From: Antedon mediterranea
Taxonomy: Eukaryota; Animalia; Echinodermata
Assembly (NCBI RefSeq): GCF_964355755.1
Contig: NC_092672.1
Coordinates: 32,866,437 to 32,930,436, forward strand
Direction of reading: 5' to 3'
Length of the DNA stretch: 64,000 nucleotides
Under the pieces are notes generated by a model, which had not been told where the DNA came from, did not search any database, and saw nothing but the letters and a program-made list of their open reading frames with translations. Below are positions 1 through 11,948 of the stretch, piece after piece. A program made the translations under genes and the position numbers. The first letter of the stretch is position 1. Every line of letters begins with the position of its first letter.

Positions 1-440
1 GTGTCTTATTTTAAGGCGGACATTATTAAAAATGCTTCAATTTTATTTAACCACGGACCCAGATCAACGCATGGTTGTTCTTCCCTGGGGCCTTTCAAAA
101 TATTTCACTTTAAATTACTTTATTATTTTGTTGTAACCTTTTCAAAGAGTTTTATTCTAGGTTGGTCCTGATTTTATGCTCTGTATTATTTGTATGGCAT
201 TTGATGATATAAATGTTTAAATTTAATTGAATTAAACGACTGATTCCCATGGATGCATGCAAAGATGTACATACAACAAGCAAGGAATGATTCTTTGCCT
301 GTAATTGGTCAAATAACTTATGTTGTGTGTGCAGCATTCCTGGCATTGGATCTTACTGGGAACCACCAACTTAAAAATAAGTTGAGGTAAATTTCATAAT
401 TTTGGACTTATTTAAATTAATCTGGATTTCCTTATTCTGT

Positions 441-641
441 CATTTCATTTCATTATTTATTTGGTCTATTTCAGTATATACATAACAACAACAAAACTGA
501 AATTGGGGAGACCAGGGTCAACCTAGGCCTAAGTGAACTTAATCACTGTAGCTGAGCCGGTTGACCAAACTCCAAAGTCAGTTAAACACATAAAAGACAT
601 AAAGACAAAATACAGTTAAAGCGAATCAAAATGAATGTGAA
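441..641 (-). mobile_element. Short 3'-end fragment of a CR1/L2-type LINE (same family as 23540-24110)
   Basis: Closely matches 23540-23732 (atttggtctattt...aattggggagacc...gctgagccggttgacc...acagtta..gcgaatcaaaat), with a (TGAAA)n tail on the - strand. Confidence 0.75.
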
Positions 642-651
642 TATTTCTTAC

Positions 652-764
652 TTGTCCTTTGCATCTAGCCTAACAAATGCATGTGCTAGACCATTTCCTG
701 TTTTGCAAAGAAGAGAGAGGCCTTCTGCTACCATTTCTTCTGTTAAGCTGTTCTCTGGAATTTT
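652..764 (-). CDS. LRRC23: LRRC23 coding exon 2
   Basis: ttttcag acceptor, KIPENSLTEEMVAEGLSLLCKTGNGLAHAFVRLDAKD, AA|gtaaga donor. Confidence 0.9.
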
Positions 765-2743
765 CTGAAAAAATATAAATGAACTATAAAATAAAAACAA
801 TAAATCTACAACTAAAAAAGTATTACACAGTATATTTAAAATGTTTGAGTTTGTCGTACATTTTATTCATATTGCCGGGTTTAGTGAAGGTTTATCACAA
901 ATAACGTGCTTGACACATACTGTAGTGGGAAGGATTTGGGAGTAAACGTCATGACGTGTATGTATGTGGTTTGTTGTTTGTATGTACACGTTGCATTGTT
1001 GTGCAATGACGTTCCTCGCGAAATCAACTATTTGCGATAAACCTTATTGTTATTGAGTGCCAGCTAGCTTTTTTTTCCTGTCCACATGGTCGACTACTGT
1101 GTTGAGTCTAGTCTATTTGAATTTCCCTTGGTACCGAAAGACAACAGAATTAAGATTAGATGTATGGATGATTGAGAATGTTATTATAGATTTAATACAT
1201 GTGACATGCCTAATGAAAGAGCGATGGTCAGCATTTTCAATAGGAAGCAGTATATTTCATGCACACTTTTTATAATCATATAAATAATAATAATGTATGG
1301 CTATAGTAGGGCCTAGCTAGGCCTATATAAAAAACATCATGACCCCCCACTGTCAACATCCAGTATTAGGGACTTTATGAAACAGGACAGTTAGGGGAGG
1401 ACGACGAATATCCTGTCTGTGTTCGCTAGAGTGTAAAATCATATTAACAGACATCATAGATGTTTCATTAATTAGAAACGCCGCGCAAAATGTATTGCTT
1501 TTAATCCAATAAAAATGTTATTTCGAATATTATTTAGAGTTTTGAAAATTCCACTTTGAAGTGTAATTTGAACTTTATATTTAAGGTTAGGCCTAGCTAG
1601 GGCCTAGGTAGGCTATAGGCCTATATGTACATTATTTCTAAATTCTAGTCATCTGATGATAGATGTGTGACTGTCACGACAAATATGGTCCGGGGCCAAA
1701 ATCGGTCCGGCCGGACCAGTTTTGGCTCTAAAGTTGTGGCCAAAAGCAGTCCGCCACTGCCAAAATCGGTCCGGGTTTTTCTTCTATCGATTTTAATTGA
1801 ATTACTAGGCCTATGATGCTGTTTTAAGTTGTTTATGGCTAGAAAAATATCCCATGATATATATAAGTAAGTTATCTTGTCGGATAAATACTATAAATAA
1901 ATGTATTTTATCTAAAAACATGACTTAGGTGTTCACTCATATTTCAGCCTGCCACACACTCACATGAACGGGTATGAGACGCTGATATTGCCAGCCAGAT
2001 TTTATTTTATGAGGCCTTTTTCCTTCCTCAGCCTAATCAATATTGGATAATTGTTTTATAATGATTGTACTGAATTGATATTGATTGATTAACCATAAAT
2101 TAGTAATAAATTAAATTGTTTTTAACATCATGGGGAAACGAAGATGTTAAAAAAACAGAAGAACAAAATGGATTAAAAACAGGCAGAGAATTAATTGTAC
2201 ACAAAAAACCTAAAAATTAGTACTAATTATTGATGAGTTACTACTACCGTAATAGTAATAATGATGATAAAAAAAACAGGCTTAATTTATAATATTTAAA
2301 TAACAAATAAAACCCCGTAGTTTTCAATATAATGACCTTTTTAAATGATATATTATGACTCATTTTGCGCACCATATATTTGCAAGATCGGACCATATTT
2401 GGCGGCAAAAAACAGTCCTACTGCCCGGACCGATTTTATCCAGGCCGGACAGGTTTTGGCGGCCAAAATTGGTCCGGCCGGACAGGTTTTGGCAGCCATA
2501 AATGGTCCCCTGGACTGATTTTGGCAGCCAAAACTGGTCCGCCGGACCGATTTTGGCCCGGACTGATTTTGGTGTGACATGACCTCTCCCCTTTTTAAAT
2601 TAATTTCATGCAGCTCCCTCGCCTACCTCTTCCTCTTCTTGTTCTTGATTCTCCTGTTCTTCTTCATCATCACCTAAATCCAGTTCAGGTTCTTCAGTCC
2701 CTTCTTGTTCTTCGTCATACTCCTGATCAGAAAAATCAGACAT
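652..2743 (-). CDS. LRRC23: Leucine-rich repeat-containing protein 23, 5' part (exons 2743-2627 and 764-652; gene continues beyond the left edge)
   Basis: Spliced translation MSDFSDQEYDEEQ...EEEE|KIPENSLTEEMVAEGLSLLCKTGNGLAHAFVRLDAKD matches the recalled LRRC23 N-terminus (acidic tract, then LTEDMMKEGLSLLCKTGNGLAHAYVKL). GT-AG sites and phase 0 are consistent. Confidence 0.9.
1672..2579. mobile_element. Non-autonomous TIR DNA transposon, Ginger-like (TGT...ACA ends, 4-bp TSD TGAC)
   Basis: Left end TGTCACGACAAATATGGTCCGGGGCCAAAATCGGTCCGG is an imperfect inverted copy of the right end CCGGACCGATTTTGGCCCGGACTGATTTTGGTGTGACA. TGAC flanks both ends (1668-1671, 2580-2583). Subterminal GGACC/TTTTGGC repeats are present. 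Confidence 0.75.
2627..2743 (-). CDS. LRRC23: LRRC23 coding exon 1 (acidic N-terminus)
   Basis: ATG at 2743, 39 codons, GAG|gtaggc donor. Confidence 0.85.
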
Positions 2744-3049
2744 TACACAAAGTGATAATGCAGAAAATTCTCTAAAATTGTACAACCAAAATACTCCAGC
2801 TACTCTCTGTGATCGTCGTCGTGGTGATTGTAAGCATCCTCGTTTTTCAACATTAATTGCAATAATAGTGTACACCTACTTTTCAACAGAATATTAAATT
2901 TAATCTTTATAAATATATAACATAAGTTTTATATATTTTATAAGCATTATTATGCACAGTATAAAATGTGTATTTGGCTATTTTATTCCCTAAACTCTAT
3001 ACACTTATAGAATGTCAAATATTACGCTTCAATGAGCATACAACTTTGT

Positions 3050-3241
3050 GTCGATAATTGTTTTAAGCCTGAACTAACTTGACACACCACACACGCACAC
3101 ACGTAAACCATATAGCGGTGTTGTTTTCGTTGAGTACGTGACATCCAAACTAATTGTTATATCGCCGCCACAAAATATCGTCTGTCTCGAAAAGAAGTTG
3201 GTATGCAGAAAAGAGAGGTGTTGGAGATGAGAGTGGTAAGT
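3050..3241. promoter_or_regulatory. Putative bidirectional promoter LRRC23/CASZ1 with a candidate CASZ1 5'UTR exon ending at 3235
   Basis: Locally CpG-richer segment just upstream of LRRC23, a consensus + strand donor GTG|GTAAGT at 3235/3236, and flanking CTAGGCCTAG clusters like those around the TMEM107/COPB2 promoter. Confidence 0.45.
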
Positions 3242-5549
3242 CTTTTTTGAAGTTTTATAAAATCATAGAACTGAAAACGTCTTATATTTTAAGCGTGTTA
3301 TATTTAATTTAGTTACATTTATTCAACAGTGCACATTTCTAAGGCTGTCAACTGATGACATGTTAGTTTTTATAAAAGAAAAACCTAGGCCTGACTCCGG
3401 TTATGAATGTTGCTGATTGATTGATGGACGAAGCCTACACAGTAGTAGTAGTACCTAGCCTAGCAGTAGCCACTCGTTACAGAAGTTACTAAAGGCTTTC
3501 ACTCTTTACTAGCTAGCCTAGGCCTAGGCTAGGGCCAAATTTAACCTCAATATTGTTTTCACAGTTTAGGCCTATATGATTTTATAGTAGTTAAATTTGA
3601 ATTTAATTTTTAATTAAAAAATATTTTTTTAATTAAACATTAATCCCTCTTGTTTTTATTTTTAATTGAGATTTCATTTAATTTATTTCTTCATGTACGT
3701 CAGTACCGGTATTTTGTTTTTTGATCAACAAAAAATACTGTAAAATAAAAGAAAATGTGAAAAAATAAAAATCGTTGATTCAAACTGCTAAAGTTAACTA
3801 ACTGTTCAACGACTAATTTAAATAAATTTATTAAAAAATAATTTTCTTATATTATAATTTCAACAAAATAACTAGATAAAATCTAATAAATTGAACATAC
3901 TGTAATTCACAGCGTATATTTAGATTGGTCCAGTTTTTAGTATTCATTATAATAACACATTAAAGAAATGATTTCCATATGCAGTAACAATGGGGTAGCA
4001 TTTAGCCGCACAGGCCGTTTGGCCAAGTTCAGCACTTAATTTTACCATCTTTAGGCCCTGGCCCCCTATTTCAAAGTTCTGGATCCACCACTGGAAAAGT
4101 AATTTCTTATCGATAAATTTCAATTACTTATACTGTATTCACAAGACAGTGAAAGAAAAATGTTTGTCGAAGGAAACGATCAAAGGATGTAGGCATATAG
4201 ACACTATATTTTCTATGAATGCTACATTTTTATATGTTTTTATTTGGATTTTGATAAGTTACAGTGTAATTCTCTTTTATTGATATTTTTCATTTCATTT
4301 TATGTACCGTAAATAATCTCTATTTTTAACAATTTCTGTTGGATCTATTTTTAACAATTTCTTTAAAACTTTTTTTTAAATTCCTTTTATTGTTAACCTA
4401 TTATAAAATTTCTGATAGACCTATTTTAATGGACAATAAACATGTCTTATTAAACTGCATCCGGACACATTTTAATATGATATATTTCATTCTTAAAATG
4501 ATTTCAATTAATGTGCTTTTAGTTGATTATTTAGAGATAAACTGCTTCTAAATTAATATTTATATGCAACTATGTCCCTAGGGTATAAACCTCAAGGCCA
4601 TTCCCTAGCACATCAATTGCATTTATGCTGTAATAAGCGACAAATTATCTCAATTTAATGTACACATAGCTTTGAGTTTTGTAACTGTATATTACAGTTT
4701 TTAATAGTAATTTTAGGTATTGTAAAGAATAGGAACCCTACAGTATATGATGGCTAACCAATACAACTGCACAGTCAACTGCAGTACGAGTATTATTAGC
4801 ATGTAGGCCTACTGTGTATATTTAACTAGCCCAAAACCGGACACTTTTGCGATGGCTTGGGACGAGTAGGGGGTTACCCCGGTGTACTAGTATACACACA
4901 GCCACTGTCACTCATCAAGAAAAGGGCCCCCTTGATCATACGCTGTTTAGGATCACCCTCTATAAATAAAGTGTAATAAAAAAAAAACTTTCTGGTTTTT
5001 GGATAGGAAAACCCCTTTTTTTGCGATATCCCTATTATTGAGATACTTTTCTGTGAAATGAATGAAAGGAAATATAGGCAATACAGCCAACCATTTCAAG
5101 GGAGACAATGCAAATTAAGAAGACACTTTGTTGGGTCCAGAAGGTGTCCCCTTAGTTACAGTAGTACTACTACTACTGTTTTTAGAAAGTTTGGTGTTAC
5201 TACATTAAAAAAATATAGTTGAAATATTTGGTTGGGAGGTGGGGGGGGGAGGGGGTGGGCAGAGTTGTAACTTGGCGGTTTGGATGCTTGACTACTAATC
5301 CCAGATTTCTAGGTCCAACTCCATCTCACAAAGACTGCATCTTGAGTTTGTTCGTTGTGTGTACTGAATTAATTTCCACTCTTGGCAGTCCATGGTATGC
5401 CTAGGAAAAAAAACCCAACTTTTTATTCTCTGGTTGTAAAACAAAGTTGAATAAAATAAATAAATAGTGTACCTCATGAAGAACACATCAATGAGCATGA
5501 GAAAACATATTTGAAACGTGGTTAAGTTATTGAAAATTATTCTGTTTAA

Positions 5550-5695
5550 AGCTCTGTCTACACTATCAAGTATGACAAAAAAGTATGATGTGCCCAAATA
5601 TGGTAGTAATATACCCAAATATGGTACATGATCAGCTCAGATATGGGCACATCACATATTGTTTTCACATAAAGTTTCATAGTGTGGACAGAGCT
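5550..5695. mobile_element. MITE family A (AGCTCTGTCTACACTATCAA TIR; PIF/Harbinger-like)
   Basis: Inverted termini agctctgtctacactat...atagtgtggacagagct with TWA-like flanks; about 12 copies in the window. Confidence 0.75.
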
Positions 5696-6147
5696 TTTAC
5701 ACCTAATAATCAAACACCTGAAGCACACTCCCACACTTTCAATAGCGCAGTATACCACCAACTAAACAAGATTTTCAGAGAGCTCAAAGCGCAAGATTTT
5801 GGTGTTTATACTTATATTCTTTAAATGAGGTTTCCAGACTGGTCCAACGGGGTGCAGTTTTGGGAGTGTCTACTACTGTATAAGCTTACTGTACTTGCTA
5901 TTGCATCATTTGATTTCTAAATGCAACAATATTATACAAATACTAGGTCCCTACAGAGACTAGCCTTTTGAAGCTAAAAAAAAACAGCTACAAGGAAGGA
6001 ATAAACAACAGATTACTTTTCTGATTACATATTTTGAATTTTGCTTTGTGTTAATGAATGACTGAATGAATGATTGGACCGAATAAGTGAAAATACTGTA
6101 TGTTTTAACACTACGGCCAACCCTTATTCAGGGGACACTGCTATTAA

Positions 6148-6739
6148 GTGTACACTTTGCTGTGTGCAGGCTAAGGTATCCTGGGGGTTCTATTGCATTG
6201 CACTTGGCAGTAGGTGTACACTTTGCTGTGTGCAGGCTAAGGTATCCTGGGGGTTCTATTGCATTGCACTTGGCAGTAGGTGTACACTTTGCTGTGTGCA
6301 GGCTAAGGTATCCTGGGGGTTCTATTGCATTGCACTTGGCAGTAGGTGTACACTTTGCTGTGTGCAGGCTAAGGTATCCTGGGGGTTCTATTGCATTGCA
6401 CTTGGCAGTAGGTGTACACTTTGCTGTGTGCAGGCTAAGGTATCCTGGGGGTTCTATTGCATTGCACTTGGCAGTAGGTGTACACTTTGCTGTGTGCAGG
6501 CTAAGGTATCCTGGGGGTTCTATTGCATTGCACTTGGCAGTAGGTGTACACTTTGCTGTGTGCAGACTAAGGTATCCTGGGGGTTCTATTGCATTGCACT
6601 TGGCAGTAGGTGTACACTTTGCTGTGTGCAGGCTAAGGTATCCTGGGGGTTCTATTGCATTGCACTTGGCAGTAGGTGTACACTTTGCTGTGTGCAGGCT
6701 AAGGTATCCTGGGTGTTCTATTGCATTGCACTTGGCAGT
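6148..6739. repeat. 66-bp tandem minisatellite, about 9 nearly identical copies
   Basis: Unit gtgtacactttgctgtgtgcaggctaaggtatcctgggggttctattgcattgcacttggcagtag. Confidence 0.95.
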
Positions 6740-9411
6740 GGCAGTATGTGCATAAAAACAATACAGAGCAACAATGGAAAATAACGCTCTGTTCTTTATG
6801 GATACAGGGTTTGCTCATTTGAGACACTACAGTGTGTATTTTTCTTAAGCTACCCCTGCCCAACAATTTTCATTTTTTATTTTAATTACAGTTATCGTAA
6901 ATGCTAGTTAAAAAAAATGAAATGGTTTACAAAAAGACTAAGTTTATTTATGATATGATTTGAAATATTACAAAGAAATTTCATTATAACACAATTTAAA
7001 AATATGCAAATTTATAAGATTTTATTCCACTTACATTATTAATTCTAATTTTAACATGGTACAGTACATATTAGCTGGTATAATGATGGTATGGTATTTA
7101 ATACAAAAATTAATAGTTTGATTTATTTTAATACTAAGTACTGAGAATTTGATTACTATTGTAGACAAAATATTACCATCCAGTTTTTTTTATAGAATTT
7201 TTACAAAGTTGTACTAAAAATGTGATTTATTAACATTATTGCAAGTTAATTGGTTTCGTTGTGAATTACAAAATTGACTAGTTTAAAAAAAATTTTATTT
7301 GGTTTTTATTTAAATTTACAAATTTGTTCCAATAAATTTAATTAGTATTAGTATTTTATTATTAATTCAATTCAACCAACTTGGTTTTTTTTTGTGGATT
7401 ACAAAATTAACTGGTGTTTTAAAATTTGTATTTGGTTTTTATTTAACACCAAAATATTCTAAAATAGCAGGTTATATAATTGCATTATGATAAGAGTAGG
7501 TACAACAATGGGCAAAGTTGATAAAATAGGGGACAATTGAACAAAAGAGTACACTATGAATAAAACATTAACTTGGCTTTTATGACCAAACTGTGGCTTG
7601 TTTGAACAGTTTCTTATTCCAAAGTCTCCCGGTAACCATGACAATATTATATTGATTTTATACTGGCTCGTAAAAAGAATAACAAAATACTAAGTGGGCG
7701 CTAAGCAACGGGTGCTTTTTATTAATCTTGAATGCGAAGATCCCCCCATTGAGACCCTGTCTTGTGAAGTATTGAGTGTAAACTATGGTTAATCTCCATG
7801 GAAACACTTTTTCCAAGACGATTGTCAATTTGTTCAAGGCAGCAAACAATGAGGAAAGATTAAAGTGTAGAGTGTTTTGTTCACTCAGGGTTATAACACC
7901 ATTTAATACAGAAAACAACTGGTTTCTATTACAGATTGACTAACTTAATGTTGTTATGTTGTTTTATATACTAAAGCACTGTGACTACTGTAATTATTGA
8001 GAGCTAGATTTATGAATTTTAACTGCATACAGTACAGTAGGACATGGAATAATTTCGCCAGTGTAGCATAGCAAAAAGCTATATAAAAAAGCCTGTTTGT
8101 TTGTATAACAACAACAAAAAACGACAGCAAGTTTCTCGACTAAAAAATGAGCAATATTGCTAAACAAAATTTTAAAATAAAATTTTTCTATGTAGGATAT
8201 AAAATAGCTATTATAATAAATGTCAATTTGTAATAGAATTTTAAATTACTGTGAAAAAAATACTGTAGATGTAATTTTTTACATTTGTAGAATTTTGAAT
8301 TGGTAAAAAAAAATTAAATTTTATAATTTAATACAATAAAATGTGAATTTGTAATAGAATTTTAAATTTATTATGATAATAATTATTATAATAAGTAATT
8401 TTTTACCTTTCCAATATTTAGTTTTTATCAATTATTGATAAACATTTTTTTTTTCAACTTTCATTTTTTTATATTTATAATTTGTTACACTAATTGATGT
8501 GTAAAAATAATTTAAAAATATTATGATAAACTGTATTATATAACTTCCCTACAATTGAAAAAAATAAGATTGATTTTAAAATCACAGACATATTTTAAAT
8601 ATGGCACAGTGCTACCCACTTTTAAAGTCTGGTAGGTAATAACAGTTTTTACAACCACTCTTAACTTTTTGACAACCACAAAGACCTACTGTACTGTACA
8701 TAAGACAAGATAGAAAGATATTTCATTTTAATAATTTGTGAATTTAAATTGCATATTAATTAAATAATGTGCATGCAAAGATACATGAGATACTAAATAT
8801 TAAATATATCAAAAAATAGGAAATAAAAAAAAATTATGATTATAAAATTTAAAAAATATAAAATGTGTTTCTTACCATATTTAAATTTGATTAAATACGA
8901 AATGGTTAAGTAAAAAATAAATACTATGTAAATTGAACAATACATGAAAACTGACATTGAATTGAATGAAAAAAGACAGGAAATAATAAAAAAAATGATG
9001 TGCTTAGAAAATGAAAAAATATATAAAAGGTGTTCCATACTGGCGCTTTTTACCAATTTAATTTCCCAATGCAATAAATTGTTTAAGCAATTTCAATTTT
9101 TATAAAGATTTCATTCATTTTTAATGAGTTAGACCATAAAATAAGCAATAAAATTGATTTTTGTAAGAAATAGCTTTAGCAGCACATTAGCTTTACGTCC
9201 GGACTGGAAAAGGTATGGTTTATAAATTACTCTAGAAATATTGAATGTTAAATGAATATTTTAGTTTCTAAAGTTATAATTATTTTGTTAAATGGTCTTG
9301 ATTTTAAAATATTTCTGTATTAAAATACAGTAATACTTTTTTTTAAAATGCCAATTTTAGCCAATGAAAGCGCATAATATTATTTTACTGAGTTGTGTAG
9401 TCAGAGTAGTA

Positions 9412-9835
9412 CAGTAGAACCTCTATTAAGGGGACACCTTTCGGACCTTAATAGGTTTGTCCTCTAAATAGGGTTAAACCTTGTTTAAACATATTTTCCC
9501 CTCATTCACCTTTCGGACCTTAATAGGTGTGTCCTCTAAATAGGGTTAAACCTTGTTTAAACATATTTTCCCCTCATTCACCTTTCGGACCTTAATAGGT
9601 GTGTCACCTAAATAGGGTTAAACCTTGTTTAAACATATTTTCCCCTCATTCACCTTTCGGACCTTAATAGGTGTGTCCTCTAAATAGGGTTAAACCTTGT
9701 TTAAACATATTTTCCCCTCATTCACCTTTCGGACCTTAATAGGTGTGTCACCTAAATAGGGTTAAACCTTGTTTAAACATATATTTCCCTCATTCGTTAC
9801 ATGGGGTGTCTCCTGATTACAGGTTTCTTGAAGAG
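9412..9835. repeat. 72-bp tandem repeat (about 5 copies, 9435-9794) inside a family B MITE (Tc1/mariner/pogo-like)
   Basis: Begins ta|cagtagaacctctattaaggggacacc; unit cacctttcggaccttaataggtgtgtcctctaaatagggttaaaccttgtttaaacatattttcccctcatt. Confidence 0.9.
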
Positions 9836-11398
9836 ACTGGTCTTTATTATATTTTTGCAAATTTTATTAAATATTAAAAATTATTAAATTATTACTCAAA
9901 TTCTTTTTTAATATGAAAATGACTGATATTTTTTAGTTTATAAAAATAATTTTTGCTTGTCATATTTTGTGCGATTTTTAGCATAATAGTTATTGGTATT
10001 TCTTTTTCATTTCTTGGTTTTAATGCCAACTGTACAATTTAAATTGAATACATAAACTAGGCCACATACTGTACTGTAGTTAAGTAAGCCACTTAAAAAT
10101 ATGAATTTATGCCTGAGCCAATTACAAGTAGATTTAATTATCCTTCTATCTAATATTCCCATCCTATGAAACCAAATTACTAATTATGTTGTTGCTATAG
10201 TTAATTTATGTTTTTGCTTCAAACCCATGCACAGTTCAAATTCCTCATACTTCCAAATTAGGCCATAGGCCCAGAGAGAAAACTATTTCTACACAAAGCT
10301 AAATAGTAGCTATGGAATTCCAGGAATACAGGCAAAAATTCTGTAGCAGACGACGCAATCTATTGCAGACGACGCATAGATTTCTCTATCTTGCAATATT
10401 TCCCCCCTCAGATAATTTTAATGTATCTCGGTAGGGAATCGGCCAAGTGATATGTTCAAAATTGTTAGTGCTATTCATATTAGATTTTTCTGATCACTAT
10501 AGACTGCTGTTTGATATACAGTTAGTGATAAATTCTCGTAATATAATTGTACAGAATACTGCCCTACGGAATGAGTTATGATATTATAAAATGAATATTA
10601 TTACTAGATGGAGATTATCACAATACTGTATAATTACTAATCTACTGTATAGTGCTATAAATACTGTATATACAGTAATTACTATATAATGCTAAAAAAT
10701 AAATACTGTATATACAGTAATTACTATATATTATAATGCTAAAAAATAAATACTGTATATAATTACTGTATAATGCTAAAATAAATTGTAAAATGTAATT
10801 TTATTTTTAATACGAAAAAATAGTACTAATTGTACTGTACATAATTTAAAATATGTTAAAAATATTATATTTTTAAAATAAACATTGTCTATATTAAATT
10901 AAATATTAAATAAATACAATTGTAGATTCTATTTTATATCTGTTAGTATAGTACTGTAGTATTGGTAATTGATAACAATTATAATAACAAATCGCTATAA
11001 ATTAAACAAACACCACCTTTATTTAGAGGAAGCCATGGTAAATAAAACTTAAATTATGAGTGCATTTAATTTATGATAATTGTCACAATCTATTGTTGTT
11101 TTAATTACCTAATAATATCATTGACCAAAGCTTAATATTGATGATGTAATAAATTCCGAAATAAACAAAATTGAAATTTAATTGAAAGCAGTGTGTCCAT
11201 ACAGTATTTAGCACAAATTTAGAAGGTTGATTTACTCAAAGCATTAATGTATAGTAGGCCATAGAGATAGAGTAACTAAAACTTTCAGTCAAAATGGAGT
11301 AATTGTTTGATGTAATTGTAATTGTTTGTTTCTATAATTACATTTAATAGATCAAAATGATATACAGTAGTTTGTAGTACCTCAGTCACAAGAATTAA

Positions 11399-11948
11399 AG
11401 ATGTATTGTCCCTTGAAACACAAAAAATGAAAAAAGAAATATTCTAAATTTAAATTGGCCATATCAAAGTAATATTAAAGTTATTTACTTTAAGTCGAAA
11501 ATTTGAGCCAAAAACAACAAGTTTACGTAATTAACAGGTAAATCAATTGGATTAAATTTCGTCTGGAAAATTGTCGCGAGCAAAAGTAAACAAAGATTTC
11601 AAACCACGAGTATGCATTATGCATGATGCTAATTAGAATTGTTTACAAAAATCGTCACGGTTGAGAAGGTGTTTTCACACAGATCGCGAGTTAGTTTTAT
11701 GATTATGCATACAGAGTAGCCAAACAAGCACGTTGCATTTTGAGATATGTTTTGATCGAAAACTTTGACTGGAAGTCAAAGTTATTTTTTGAACAAAAAA
11801 ACGTCTGTATTTCAGTTAAATGATTTTTTTTTTCGACTAATTTTTGGTGAAAGTTAATAACTATTATGATACTTCAAAATGGCCCACTTTTTTTCTAAAT
11901 ATGTTTTTTACCAATTTTTTTAGAATTACTCAAAGGGACAATACATCT
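11399..11948. mobile_element. Non-autonomous DNA transposon, Kolobok-like (TTAA TSD, AG...CT termini)
   Basis: ttaa|AGATGTATTGTCCCTT ... AAGGGACAATACATCT|ttaa. Confidence 0.75.

Noticed and set aside
2353-2580. Overlapping ORFs on both strands
   Set aside because: They lie in the GC-rich subterminal repeats of the TIR element
6074-6784. 236-aa Cys-rich and 222-aa repeat ORFs
   Set aside because: Products of a 66-bp tandem repeat with no synonymous divergence and no supported splice context
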